Position numbers and translations under genes: made by a program. Below the pieces are notes generated by a model. The model was not told where the DNA came from and did no database searches. It saw only the letters and a list, made by a program, of their open reading frames with translations. A stretch of 63,835 nt of DNA, the filler included, from Hyphochytrium catenoides (taxonomy: Eukaryota > Protista > Hyphochytriomycota): NCBI GenBank assembly GCA_900088475.1. It is 6 parts of 6 records of this genome, joined end to end, with 100 filler letters (N's around TTAATTAATTAA, not from the genome) between each part and the next. Parts side by side here need not be neighbours in the genome. Positions count along the whole stretch, not along the records: positions 1 to 18,678 come from FLMG01004680.1; 5 more parts are not named here. One strand, 5' to 3'. The first letter of the stretch is position 1. Each line of letters begins with the position of its first letter. Shown here in pieces: positions 1 to 11,721 of this stretch.

Positions 1-1975
1 TGTTGGACTAAGTTAGCCCCAGTTATAGCTTAGTCCGACAGAACAGTCATGAGCCGAGCCCTAAACATTACCGTTAGCGGGATAAAGTTCTACCTCCTGC
101 TTTTTATAACACAGGAGATTGTCTCTTGTGTCCAATTTTTGCCAACGCTCATTCATGATACATCCTCTGCATTGTGGCTTTCTTGGAGTCGCATTCAGTA
201 CTGGTACAAAACCTATTTCCAATTGGACTCCTCATGGGGGCGGAAATATTAGTTCCATCCTATAAAAGGGTCATAATAAATCGTCGAAGGTGCTAAATTT
301 ATTGTCAAGGCTGAAAAAGGTACGTTAGCGGTCTTACAAATGTCACTATTTTGTACGATTGTACGAGGTCCTCGTTTCTTTAAAGGTTCAAAGTTCAAAG
401 CTGCCAGCCATACTCTTTCTCATTAGTTCTACTTTAGCCAGTTGAGTCTCACACAAGGACAAGTAAAATAAAAGGAGTTTTTTTTCAAGGTTGAATCTAT
501 GAGACCAAAACACCAAAACAGGGCTTTGCTAATTTTGGCATCCAACAATGTCTGACAGGGGCTGTAGAGCAGACAGAGCGGAAGAACTTAAGCAGAATAA
601 GCAGTTTGAGGCTCGACATAGATATACAGGAGTGTGAACACCCACATGTTCCAGAAACTACTGGGTTCAGAGCAAACAGAACGACCTCAACCCTCATCGA
701 ATGTTCCCTTTTGGTCTCACAACGTTGGAAGAATGGTAAGAACCCCTCTTGGAACTTGGAACCCAATCCTTTGCTTCCTAGCACTTTACCAGGCAGAGGT
801 TCGACGTTGTGCCTGATGTTCATAGTTCTTCGAATATCCAGATACCGGGGGTCAGGTTATTAGGTCCTAACTGTATGCATTATTCTCTTTGAAATCCTCC
901 TTTCCTGCAGGAATCTCTGTCTTTGTGCAGGTGGCAAAAGCTCCATACAGTTGTGAGCTCTCTGCTGTGTGTTTGCTTTATTTCATTAGGGTTCGGAGGG
1001 AAGCGAGTTTGAAGTTTGCTGTGTGTGAGGAGATGACTCTTCTCCACCACAAAGAACACTGCATCGTGGAGAAGGACCATGTGTGTTGTGTTATTACAGG
1101 GACTCACTGTGATAATACTACACGTACTGTCTATGTTCTTCCTTCTGTCTCTTCCTCTGTTTTTCACCTTTTGACCTCCCACCCTCTCCTCTCTCTTGCT
1201 TGTTACTCCGTACTTGTTTCAATTTTGCTATTCTCTCTTTCTTAGTTGCTCTTCCTCGCCACCTAACACAATAGTTCTTGGGGAAATAGGTCTCTCTTTA
1301 CAGCTCTGTCTGCCGCTAACTCTCATTTCTCGTTACGCGCGCTGTGAGCGGCGATGCGGCGGTGAGCGCGCATCATCAAATTGATCGCCCTAGCGCTGGG
1401 TTGTTGTGGGCTTTCATTGCCTTGCAGCGCAATCTCTACCACTGCGGTCTGCTTGGCGCTCTCTGTATGAGATCCACCCAGACCTTCCTGTAGACAGCTG
1501 CTAAACGAGGCTCTATTAGGGTCACTGTCTGGAAGTCTTTCGTGAGGCTATCAGTGGAGAGCTTTGTCCACGGAAATACGAAATCGGCCCTTACAGAGGG
1601 GCTACGCTACTTTGGCTTGGAGATTCTGGCTTTGTGCTTGGTTACCTGTTCTCGCGTCCCTTAGTCGCTTCAGCCGTATAGGCACACTTGAGCTCTTGCT
1701 CAATACATATCTTCACACCAATGTTGGCCTGAGAGAGTGCGAGTACTCAAGGCTCGCTCTCTGGCTTCGGCCGTGGCAGCTGGATCGAGGCTACTCGCAC
1801 ACTGATTGGCCATAGCGACGTCTCAACACCTCAAGACCTAAGAGGGACATCCAGCAGCAGTGGCTGATTCTTAGCTTGTGCATGTGCCTACGGTGGGAAT
1901 TAGCGTAGTTGTCTATTACCTGCGCTTATTAGACAAGGATTTCCTTCTGTTCTTGACTCTACCCATTCGGTAAAG

Positions 1976-3394
1976 ATGGTTCCAGAAGATATGCAAAACC
2001 GAGAGGAGTTCCGCAACTGCTTGCTGGCAATGCGAGAGCAGGAGATCCAGTACTTTTGTTTCAACCCGTACCTGCCGTTTGTTGAGGTATCAGAGAACGA
2101 TCGTTTGCTCATGGTTGTGAGACGCTGAGACCTTCATCCTTACAGGACCGACGACAGCTCGTTCTTATTACTTTCGAAATGGTCGAACGATTCCGCATGC
2201 AGAGAACGACGGGCCACGTGGCAATTCACCTAATAGACCGGTTCTTTCAGGTATAGTGCGTAAACGGGCGGTCGCGGTATCAACTTTCTTAGATGTTGGT
2301 GAAAACTTGAAGCTGATCATTGATGCTTTCCCTGACAAATAACCTTGCAGAACCAGGACGCATTCCCCAAGTCTCAATACGTGCTGATAGCGATCTGCTG
2401 TCTGCTGATTGCCGCAAAGTATGATGATATCGAGGCAAACGTCCCCCAGCTGGCTACCATCAATGAATGGGCGCAGACTGATTACACGGTCAAAACCATC
2501 AGAGCAGTCGAGCTGCACATTTTGGGAAGGTGAAGGCACATGTATATTTTGGGCAAGGGCCACTACTCAATACTAAGCCTCTTTTTCCCGTTTTGCTCGA
2601 TCTCTGCGTGCATTCTTGGATAATAGTGTTGGCTGGGGCCTGACCACAGTCACCGCTCTACACTTCCTGGAGCATTATGTCAGCACGGTAGGTGGCTGTA
2701 TTGTTCGTCCAGGTAGCTTGGTTCCTTACCCAACTATTCTCTGCTATCCATCACGACCCTTGGCCATGTTGCAGGCCGCGGCTTTTTCCGGACAAATAAT
2801 CTCCTACCAAGCTCAGCCGCGTTGGATGGTTGGTGAATCGTGCAGCATCTCGGATAGTCTAATGTACTGCTGTCGTGTGGCTGCGGATATAGCACTACAA
2901 GGTAGGCACTTGCAGCTTGGCTACCATTTGCGCAGGAGATTGGTTACTGAGTTGATCTTTTCTCTCCTCTCCCTAGACTACAATTTCAAGCAGTACAGGC
3001 CCTCTGTGGTGGCCGCAGCGGCTCTGAAGGTGGCGAGAGAACAGCTGGACTATAGGTAGGACCAAAGACAAACTGACAGCGAGCTCAAGAGTTAGTCCTT
3101 GTGGTCCTAATGTGGTGGTCATCTAGTCCTGTCTGGACTCCGGAGATTGAGATTATAACGGGCTATGCTGAAGATGACATAGAGACATGCTACAGCTACC
3201 TTCGCTATCTCCTGGAGTTTTATATGAATCCAGTTCCGTCCTATTATGGACCCCAGGTAAGTTGTCGCCCTTCGAAGTGTTCCTATCATTACCTGCAGTA
3301 ACAGTAGTCTACTCTCCAGTCTGCAGGCTGTTATGTGGTGCCAATGGAAATTCGCACCGTCAGTACCAGACAGCCAGCTTATGGGTGCATATGA
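1976..3394 (+). CDS. Divergent cyclin (cyclin-box N- and C-terminal domains), about 8 exons
   Basis: Spliced GT-AG exons give MVPEDMQNREEFRNCLLAMREQE..|DRRQLVLITFEMVERFRMQRTTGHVAIHLIDRFFQ|..LIAICCLLIAAKYDD..VELHILG|..WGLTTVTALHFLEHY..|..YRPSVVAAAAL..|PVWTPEIEIITGY. These are typical cyclin-fold motifs. Start and last exon are uncertain; an alternative acceptor gives a stop at 3575. Confidence 0.85.
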
Positions 3395-5570
3395 AGTATC
3401 TACTTTATCGTACCGTCCTGCAGTAGTCCTTGCGCTTAGTGCTAAACTTGAAGGATATTCCTACAGAAAGGGTCCTTTCCATTGGCCTTCCTGCTTCAGG
3501 CATTATTGTTCTGAAAGGTTTCTGGCAATGATCTTCTTAATGAGTGTAACTCGGACATTCTACTCCGTCGGATAACGCTCTCTTCTAAGAGCATTAGTGC
3601 AGTCGCTTTTCTCTTAACAAAGGCAAATTTTTGACAATGCTATTGTGCCGGGTGCGTGATCAGCGATAGAGAAGGCGAGACATTGAAGGATAGTGTACTA
3701 GAAACACTGTTGTGGAGTATTATGTAGCGTTTCTTGGAGCAGACGCTTGAACTCTCTCACTCTATGCTCATCACTCTTCGCAGCCTCTTTCTCGAACAGA
3801 CTGCAGCGCGTATAACCAGATCAATCATAAGTCTGGAGAAGGACCTTTCCAGACACAATGCTAGGTAATGGAGACAGAAATTATTACGGAGTGTGATCTT
3901 TGACGTCGGCAGCTGATTGATAAAATTCCGTAAGAGCGCTACATTGAGGCTGTAGCTCACGTCTACGAAGTACGCAACTGCCTTGCTGGAGCTTGTTGCT
4001 GGAGCTTGAGGCTATGCCGACGCCGGCTTTGGTTAGCGAATGCAGCTAAGACGGATGCAAACAAGTGAAGGAAGGTCATTGCTGCGCACCTTGTGGCCGA
4101 GGATGTGATGCTTCGGATGTTCTCAAAGGTCTGCCGCTTGCTCTGGTCGCTTGATGAACCGATGAAGATCTCCTGTTGCTCATCTCTCATCTCACAGGCT
4201 GTCTTGGTATCTGACCTCAGCTACCAAGCCCAAATGGTAGGCTTTATTATTACACAACATACAAGATACAAGACACAGTGGTACAAACACAAATAGTACA
4301 TCGCACACACCCTAAATCCATAACCCGTCTATGAAAGCCGTACTGATTCTAGAGAAACACCCCCGCCATACAGATTCGTAACTCCGAGATTAGCTGCCTT
4401 AACCCGACAGGGGTACGCGAACTCTCCGAGGTCCCAGTAGGCATGTTGGGCACTAATTCTAACGGAGTTACCAAATACTGAGAGATCCCTGCAATAATAT
4501 ACTCTTACACGCATGCTTCCCCATACTACCATGGGATGGCCTGAGCGTAGTAATACGACAATGTGGCGCGAAGGACCAGTGGTTCAAGCACGACATTGGG
4601 TTCTTGTCTGGGTTTCGCTGGGGCTTCCATGTGTTTGACAAAGAAGGCCTTCCCAGTGATTGGGGGGAATACCTTCGGACTAAACAGAGAGTCAGCCACC
4701 AGCCAGTGGCGGCGAACTATTGGGAGTTTCTCTGTATAGCCTTAGTAATGGACTAGAGAGAGTGGAATTGGAAAGGTTAATAAGGCTGGCCATCTCTTGG
4801 CAGTGCAGCTGGATGGGCGGCTTATCTGCAGATATGCTGTTTAGAAGTAGGACTAATTGGGGCTGCAAAGCGGGAAAATGAAAGGAAGAAAATAGAGTGA
4901 GACTAGAGATGGAAGGACATAAGGGTGACGTAGGTAAAGATGTGAGACAGAGTGAAGCGTGGGGTAGAGGTGGCGGCATGAGAAAGAATGAGACGGATAC
5001 AGACAGAGACGTTTAGATGGAAGAATTGTAAGACAGAGTGTAAGAGATAGTGGAAATATAACACGAGGTAACCACAGAGATAGACGGATTGAGACAAAGA
5101 GCCAACGGAAAGACGCTGTACGGAACAGAGGAGTGTTGGCGCTTAGCTCCCGCACTTTCTTGTCTGCGGTTGGGAATCAGAGCTAACTGACGGAGATTGA
5201 GGCGGTCTCGTCACCAATAGAGGTTCCTGCTGGCCCATACTGGCACTCTGAAGATTCTTATAAATATCTATCGCTCTGCCTTCCACTCTTCCCCTCGCTC
5301 TGCTGGCGAGCCTCAAGGATAGATAGCGGACGGAGAGCAATACCGAGGCAGGCACGTGGGAGTCTTCTTGTTCAAGGTTGGCCACAACGAGTTTGCTTGA
5401 ATGTCCATCGTCCATTGTCGCAGTGCATGATGGGCCTCTGATCATCTCTGTGGTCTCTCTTCAAAGCTCTTGTCCCCACCATCTTCTGCTCTTTAACGCA
5501 GGAATTACCATCTAACCTTTAGGTTTGCCCTTTTGCTCTACTCTTTCTAACTCTGACATTAGGGTGCTGG

Positions 5571-5603
5571 TTCGCGCGGGAAAACTGAGCTCCTTCGCGC
5601 GGG
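5571..5603. promoter_or_regulatory. Duplicated TTCGCGCGGG motif; first copy contains an E2F-type site (TTTCCCGC on the minus strand)
   Basis: TTCGCGCGGG occurs at 5571-5580 and 5594-5603, just upstream of the importin-beta ATG at 5649. GCGGGAAA at 5576-5583 is the reverse complement of the E2F consensus TTTSSCGC. Confidence 0.35.
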
Positions 5604-5648
5604 CTAGCTTCTGACCTTCAGCTTCCTCCTGTTTGGTTTTTGGGGACC

Positions 5649-8600
5649 ATGGATCTAACCGAAGTGCTAGCAAGGGCTCAAGGCGCCGGTATGAGAAATT
5701 AAATAGTCGCTGCCCTTTGATGCGCAAGTCTAACCATGTTCATCGCCTCTTCTTGCTGGTGGGTTCCTCTGTACTTGCCTGCTTCCTTTGCGAATGGACA
5801 CACAGACCGTCAGGCCGGTGCGCAGGCTGAAGAACAGCTTCGTGTGGCCTTTGAACAAAACAGAGTAAGCTAGTGAGCTTCTTTCTCGACATTTTGAAAG
5901 CTGTTTCTATGGAGTTCCCTCTTTGCTATCCTTGTTCTTTCTACCTCCATCTGTTCCACCTCTGACCCGCTCTTGGCAGCCACTATTTTTCATCGCCCTT
6001 GCCACCGAGCTTCAAAATGAGTCAAAGAACATCCAAGTGCGCCAAGCCGCTGGTTTGTACCTCAAGAATCTTCTAGGAGCAAAGGTAAAGAATTATGGGG
6101 CATCTGAACCTTCCCAAGGTCGTCTTAGTAACACGCGGTGTAGGACGCGGAACTGCAGCAACAACGCAGTGAATTATGGCGTCAGATCCCCATGGAGTCC
6201 AGAATGCAAGTGAGGCAGCTGGTGAGAGCTCTAGTGCTCTTTATATTGGGTTTCCCTTTGTCTTACCTCTGCGCTCTAAACAGGTCCTTAAAACCCTGCT
6301 ATCTTCTGAGGAGACAGCACGGCACACTGCTGCCCAGGTGGTAGCGAAGGTTGGTTCCATAGAGCTGCCATTCAAGGAATGGAATGACCTCCTCCCCAGC
6401 CTTCTAGCCAACGTCACCGGGTCCAGTAGTGAAGGGACAAAGCATGCCACGTTGGAGGTAAGGGTCCACTCTTCTACACTCAAACATCCTTCTATCTTGC
6501 AATTGCTCTACACGGAGACGCGATCCGCGTCTCCATCATGGGCTTCAATTGGTGTCTCTGTCCATTGACCTGGACATTGTCTGAAAGTTTGAAAGAGACC
6601 GTTGATGGAAGAATTATTCTTATCATCGATTTTTGTTTAGGCTTTAGGGTATCTCTGTGAAGAGCTGGAAGAAGGCGTTGTCAGCCAGGATCAGACCAAC
6701 CAAATTTTGACCGCTATTGTTGATGGTATTCGAAGCGACAGACCTGACCACATCCGCCTAGCAGCCGCAACTGCCTTAAGAAACAGCTTGGAGTTTGCTA
6801 AGGAGAACATGAACAGGGATCAGGAGAGAAATGTGATTATGCAGGTCATCTGCGACGCTACTCGCTGCAACGATGTTAGAGTCAGAGTGATGGCATATGA
6901 GTGTATCGTGCAGATTGCAGCTCTATACTACTCGAAGCTCCAACCCTACATGGAGACACTCTTCCAGCTAACGTTCAACTCTATAAGGAGTGATGTGCAG
7001 GAGGTGGGACTTCAAGCCATCGAGTTCTGGTCTACTATTTGCGAGGAAGAGATGGACCTTCTAGAGGAGGAAAGATGGGGGGATGCAGACGAGCTCACTC
7101 CCACTTGCCAAAACTATATCAAGGCCGCATTGGGCTATCTTGTTCCTCTCTTGACAGAGACTCTCACCAAGCAAGAGGAAGACCAGGATGACGATACCTG
7201 GAATTTGGCTATGGCAGGAGCCACTTGTCTTGGCCTGGTGGCGCAGACTGTGGGAGATGACGTGGTGAAGCTTGCTATGGATTTTGTCACTCCAAACATC
7301 CAGTCCACAGACTGGAGGAGGAAGGAAGCCGCTATCATGTGCTTTGGCTCCATCTTGGAGGGTCCGAGAACGGAGACCATAGGTCCTCTTGTCAATGAGG
7401 CGCTTTCAGTCCTCCTTCACTGCATGCAGGACGCTCATGTCCTTGTGAAGGATACTTCTGCCTTTGCTATAGGCAGAATCTGTGAGCTGCACGCTGGAAG
7501 CATCGCCGAAGGTCAAATCCGTCCACTGTTTGACGTCCTAATGAAGGGACTGGACGATGAACCAAGAGTAGCCAGTCATGTCTGCTATGCAATTCATAGT
7601 CTTGCGCAGGCATTCGAAGAGAGTGGAGACACCGGAGAGACGAACATTCTCTCTCAGTACTTCTTAAATGTACTGCAGAAGTTGTTGACAGTCACAGAGC
7701 GAGAGGACTGGAACGAGCACAATCTCCGTTCCGCAGCATATGAGGCAGTCAACATGATGATTCAGGTAGAAGCGTCCCCACTCCTCTACGAGGCTACTTA
7801 CGACTTTCCCAGCCCTTGTTATCGGATTTGTCTTATACGCTTACTGTCACCATGATGCTATAGAGAGACTTTCTATAGCCGCACCTTATCTGATCTTGCT
7901 TTCTCTCTTTCAGGCTGGCGCTGCGGACACTCATGCAACCATCCTCTCCATGGTACCTGTCATTCTTGACAGACTCAACCGCACCTTTGACGCGCCTATC
8001 ATGAGTCAGGATGATAAGGAGGAAATCTACGGCCTACAAGCACTCCTTTGTGGTGTCATCCAGGTCTCTACGCAGAAAGTAGAGGGTGAAATCCGTCCTT
8101 TCGCGGACGCCATTATGACATCCTTGCTACGCGTCTTCCAGTCTAGAGATGCCACAGCGCATGAGGAGGCGTTTATGGCTGTAGGAGCTCTGGCCAACGC
8201 GGTAGAGGCTGACTTCGATAAGTACATGCAGGCTTTCTTCCAGTACCTATGTATGGGACTGAAGACCTACGAGGAGTATATGGTCTGCCAGGTTGCTGTG
8301 GGAGTTGTCGGAGACATCTGCAGGGCTTTGGAGCTGAAGATCCTGCCGTACTGTGACAACATTGTCACTCTCCTTCTGCAGAATCTGCATAACCAGGTGT
8401 TGAATCGCTCTGTTAAGCCTCCTGTCTTCTCCTGCTTTGGAGATATTGCTTTGGCCATTGGGGGCCACTTCGAGAAGTACCTGGCCCATGTGATGGGCAT
8501 GCTACAGCAGGCGCAGATGGTGAAGGCAGCGGGCTATGATGAGGATTTCATGGATTATCTGAACCTGGTGAGCAAAGAAAGACTGTCTCTTCTTGCTCTT

Positions 8601-9535
8601 CGCTGTTTTGATATGTGCTCGCTCGTCAGTTATGGAGGAATTAGCTCTCTGAGCTGGTTCGCATCTATCCCTTCATTTTCTCGTCTCTGTCGTATCTCAA
8701 TGTCTCTTTCTCACTCTTTCTCTAACTCTCTTCCGCACAGCTGAGAGAAGGAATGCTGGAAGCATACACAGGCATTGTCCAGGGCATGGTAGCCGGTCAG
8801 AAGCTGGAACCGTTTTATGCCTTTGTCCCGAGCATTATCGAGTTCCTGCAGCAGATCGCTGAAGATGTCAGCAGGGACGAAAACGTGACCAAGGCGGCCG
8901 TCGGCCTTATCGGGTAACGCTCTCTCATCCCTCGCATAACCCATTCTGTTTGGCGTCTTCTTCACCCTCTGCTGTTCTGAATGGCGCCTTTCCCTGCAGA
9001 AATCGTTCCGTCATCGTTGCTCTTCCCTATCTCTATATCGCCTGCACGCTATCTCACCTACGTACCATCTCCTCTTGGAAGCTCTCCTCTATCTCGCTCT
9101 TTCTCTTGCGTTGTCACGCTTGACGATTGACTTAGTTGACTGAGTCATTGGGGGATCTCTGCTGGTCACTCATGAAGCTTATGCCCCTTGTCTCCTTACC
9201 CTTATCTCTTTTATGCTATGGTGCACAGTGATCTAGCGACTGCATACGGCAATAGAGTAGGCCCTCTTCTGAAGCGCGATTTTGTCAACCAGCTCTTTAT
9301 TGACTGTTCAGAGAGTGGCACAGAGTCCGCTATCCAGACCGTAGAATGGGCTAGAAAGGTATCTTCTTCGTTGATGGGCTGGCTATCCCTAAAACTTTCC
9401 TCTCTTTCAGACTCACATCCTCCTATCGCTCCAGCTGGCCTCTTTATGTATCTTCTATCTGCTCTTCCACTGACAGCTGTCTCCCTCTCTCTCGTGTTCT
9501 TTCCTCCGTAGGCTGTCAACTCACTGAGGGCATGA
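5649..9535 (+). CDS. KPNB1: Importin subunit beta-1 (karyopherin beta 1), multi-exon
   Basis: Exons MDLTEVLARAQGA|DRQ..|..VRQAAGLYLKN..|..AAQVVAKVGSIELP..W..|..ALGYLCEE..QAIEFWSTICEEE..DDDTWNLAMAGATCL..AHEEAFMAVGALA..VKPPVFSCFGDIALAIG..|LREGMLEAYTGIVQG.. The final exon GCTGTCAACTCACTGAGGGCATGA ends at 9535. Confidence 0.97.
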
Positions 9536-11099
9536 GGCTTCTCGTTGGGCTTTGGTGACCAGCGTTAATCAGTCCAAGTTCTCAGTAATAGGCAGTACAA
9601 TGGAGTCCAGGACGTTAGGGAAGGATTAAGTTAGTTGTGAATGAGAGAGAAGAACCTGCCAGAAAGGCAGCGAGTCCTTGTGCGGTCTATGGTTACTTCG
9701 GGTCGGTCGCTCTTATGGGGACGAGGTGGAGAGAGAGAGAGGCGGAGGACGAGGCAGACCAAGTAGAGCAGTACCCAGAAGGGAACAGTTGTCTCTTGGA
9801 GCGGCCTTCCCTCTCTCTCTCCGGCAACCAGAAGTGGGAACTGCAGAGGCACAAGGCTTTGGTGGCATATCAACGGTGTAGAGTCTGGAGAGAGAGAGAG
9901 GAAAAGAGAGAGGGCAAGGGAAGACTCTTTCATAATAAAAGCTGTTGATATAGAGTGAGCACATTCTTCTCTAATCTTAGGCCTCCTCCTAGGTCCTTGC
10001 TATTTGGTATGTCTACTTAGGCGCCATTATTCACTGCTTCAGCGCCGCGTTTCGTCTCGTTGCATGCAAGAAAGAATTACTGACGGAGTACTGCCTAGCG
10101 GAGTGCCATAGTACAGCGCTTGCGTTATCTATAGGAATAGAACTGACACGTAGAAGAAGGAGCAGGACGAGGCACAGCAGGCGCCTGCTCAATAGGCGAG
10201 TGATGTTCCACCTAGCTCTCCGATGGTGATGCCAAGTACAGAGCCACATTCTCAGCTCTTCTGCGGGCTAGTTTTCCCAGCCCTCTCTCTCTCGCTCTGC
10301 CCTAACAAAGCTCTCTCATATACTTATCCTCCGTGGGTGCGTGCTTCCTCTTGCTTTCCCCTTCGCTTCCATCTTGGTCTCTCATCACCTGGTCAGGGTT
10401 TCTCTTGAGTGTCTGCTCGGCTAGTGCTTCTGCTGGCTGCCGGGTGTCTCTCGCTCAAGCTCTTCGTTCCTTTTTGCTCTTCTTCGACATCATTCGCTCA
10501 CGTTCTTGCCCTTCTTTCTCCTTCGATGAGCTCTCTTTGTTCCTACTCCTCTCGTCTCTCTCTCTCTCNNNNNNNNNNNNNNNNNNNNNNNNNNNNNNNN
10601 NNNNNNNNNNNNNNNNNNNNNNNNNNNNNNNNNNNNNNNNNNNNNNNNNNNNNNNNNNNNNNNNNCACACCTGTCTCCGCCTCCTTTATCCCTGCACAAC
10701 ACCAGAAGCGGTTGACTTGGTCCTTCTAGTCCAGTTATATTCGCATCCTTATCTAGTAGTTTTAAAGATTGCGTCCTGAGCCCTAGCATAGACTGACTAT
10801 ACTATAAAAACAAAGAGTATTGCCATCCTTGCCTCCCATATTATTCGCTTATGGCTACGTAAAGAGAAAGATTCTCAGGGTCTGTGGGGACGAGGGTCAG
10901 TCTCCGTCAAATCTCCGTCAGATCTCAATCAGCAATCTTCATCCCAACAACCGCAGCCTTGCACCCTTCTTTGGACAAGCTTTTTCTATCCACCTGAAGC
11001 GTACGGCACTGCGCGAGGTTTTAGCTCATAGCCTTATAAACCAACGGAAGGAGCCGGTATCGGTGGCAAGCAGGTATCTATTAGGTCCAGCAGACGAAG

Positions 11100-11379
11100 A
11101 TGACGACAGAATTCAAGGTTGGCATGACGTGTGATGGCTGCTCCAACGCAGTGAAGCGGATTTTGACCAAGATTCAGGGTGTCGAGGGCGTCGAAACAGA
11201 TGTGCCCAACAAGAAAGTCGTTGTGAAGGTACTAGCGAGAAGGTTATTCTTGAAACTGACAGTACGTGCTGACAATGCTCTCGACCAATGTACCCCAGGG
11301 TGATGCTGATCCGCAAGTCCTATTAGCAGCTCTGAAGAAATGGGGCGACGCAAGCGGAAAGTCGGTTGAACTTGCTTAA
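11100..11379 (+). CDS. ATX1: ATX1/ATOX1-type copper chaperone (HMA domain), 2 exons
   Basis: MTTEFKVGMTCDGCSNAVKRILTKIQGV.. carries the MxCxxC metal site. Intron 11229-11298 (GT..AG) is followed by GDADPQVLLAALKKWGDASGKSVELA*. Confidence 0.93.
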
Positions 11380-11721
11380 TGCTTGCACACTTAAGCTTCA
11401 TTGCTGCTTCCTGCCCTCTAGTCCTTTGAACCTTGTCTGCAGGATTCGGGGTCGCTTGGGATGGCGGATTGTGGGTGGATGAACGTAGTGAGGGACACGT
11501 TAGCCCTAAGAGAGCGAGCACAGAGGCAAAACAGCACACACACAGGCGGACACACAGAAAGAGAGAGAGAGAAAAAGAGGGAGAGAGATGTGGGAGGCGG
11601 ACAGGGCAGGACACAAGGAAAAAATGCTAGGTCTTGGGCACAATGAGTAAATTATTGCGCTTAAACGCTAGGCTTTTCCTAATCTATGAGTGGACACGGA
11701 ATACACTGCTGTGACCATCTC

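Noticed and set aside
1-1900. Short ORFs, possible transposon remnant or gene
   Set aside because: No recognisable motif in any frame and no consistent exon chain.
4535-4600. tRNA-like A-box/B-box resemblance (TGGCCTGAGCG..GGTTCAAGC)
   Set aside because: No acceptor stem or cloverleaf could be formed.
3750-5500. Possible minus-strand hypothetical gene(s) diverging from importin-beta
   Set aside because: Some exon-like blocks and a CT-rich intron-like tract exist, but every splice combination I tried hit stops or gave no recognisable protein.
10030-10800. Possible minus-strand gene between importin-beta and ATX1
   Set aside because: Interrupted by an N gap; frames could not be joined and no motif was recognised.
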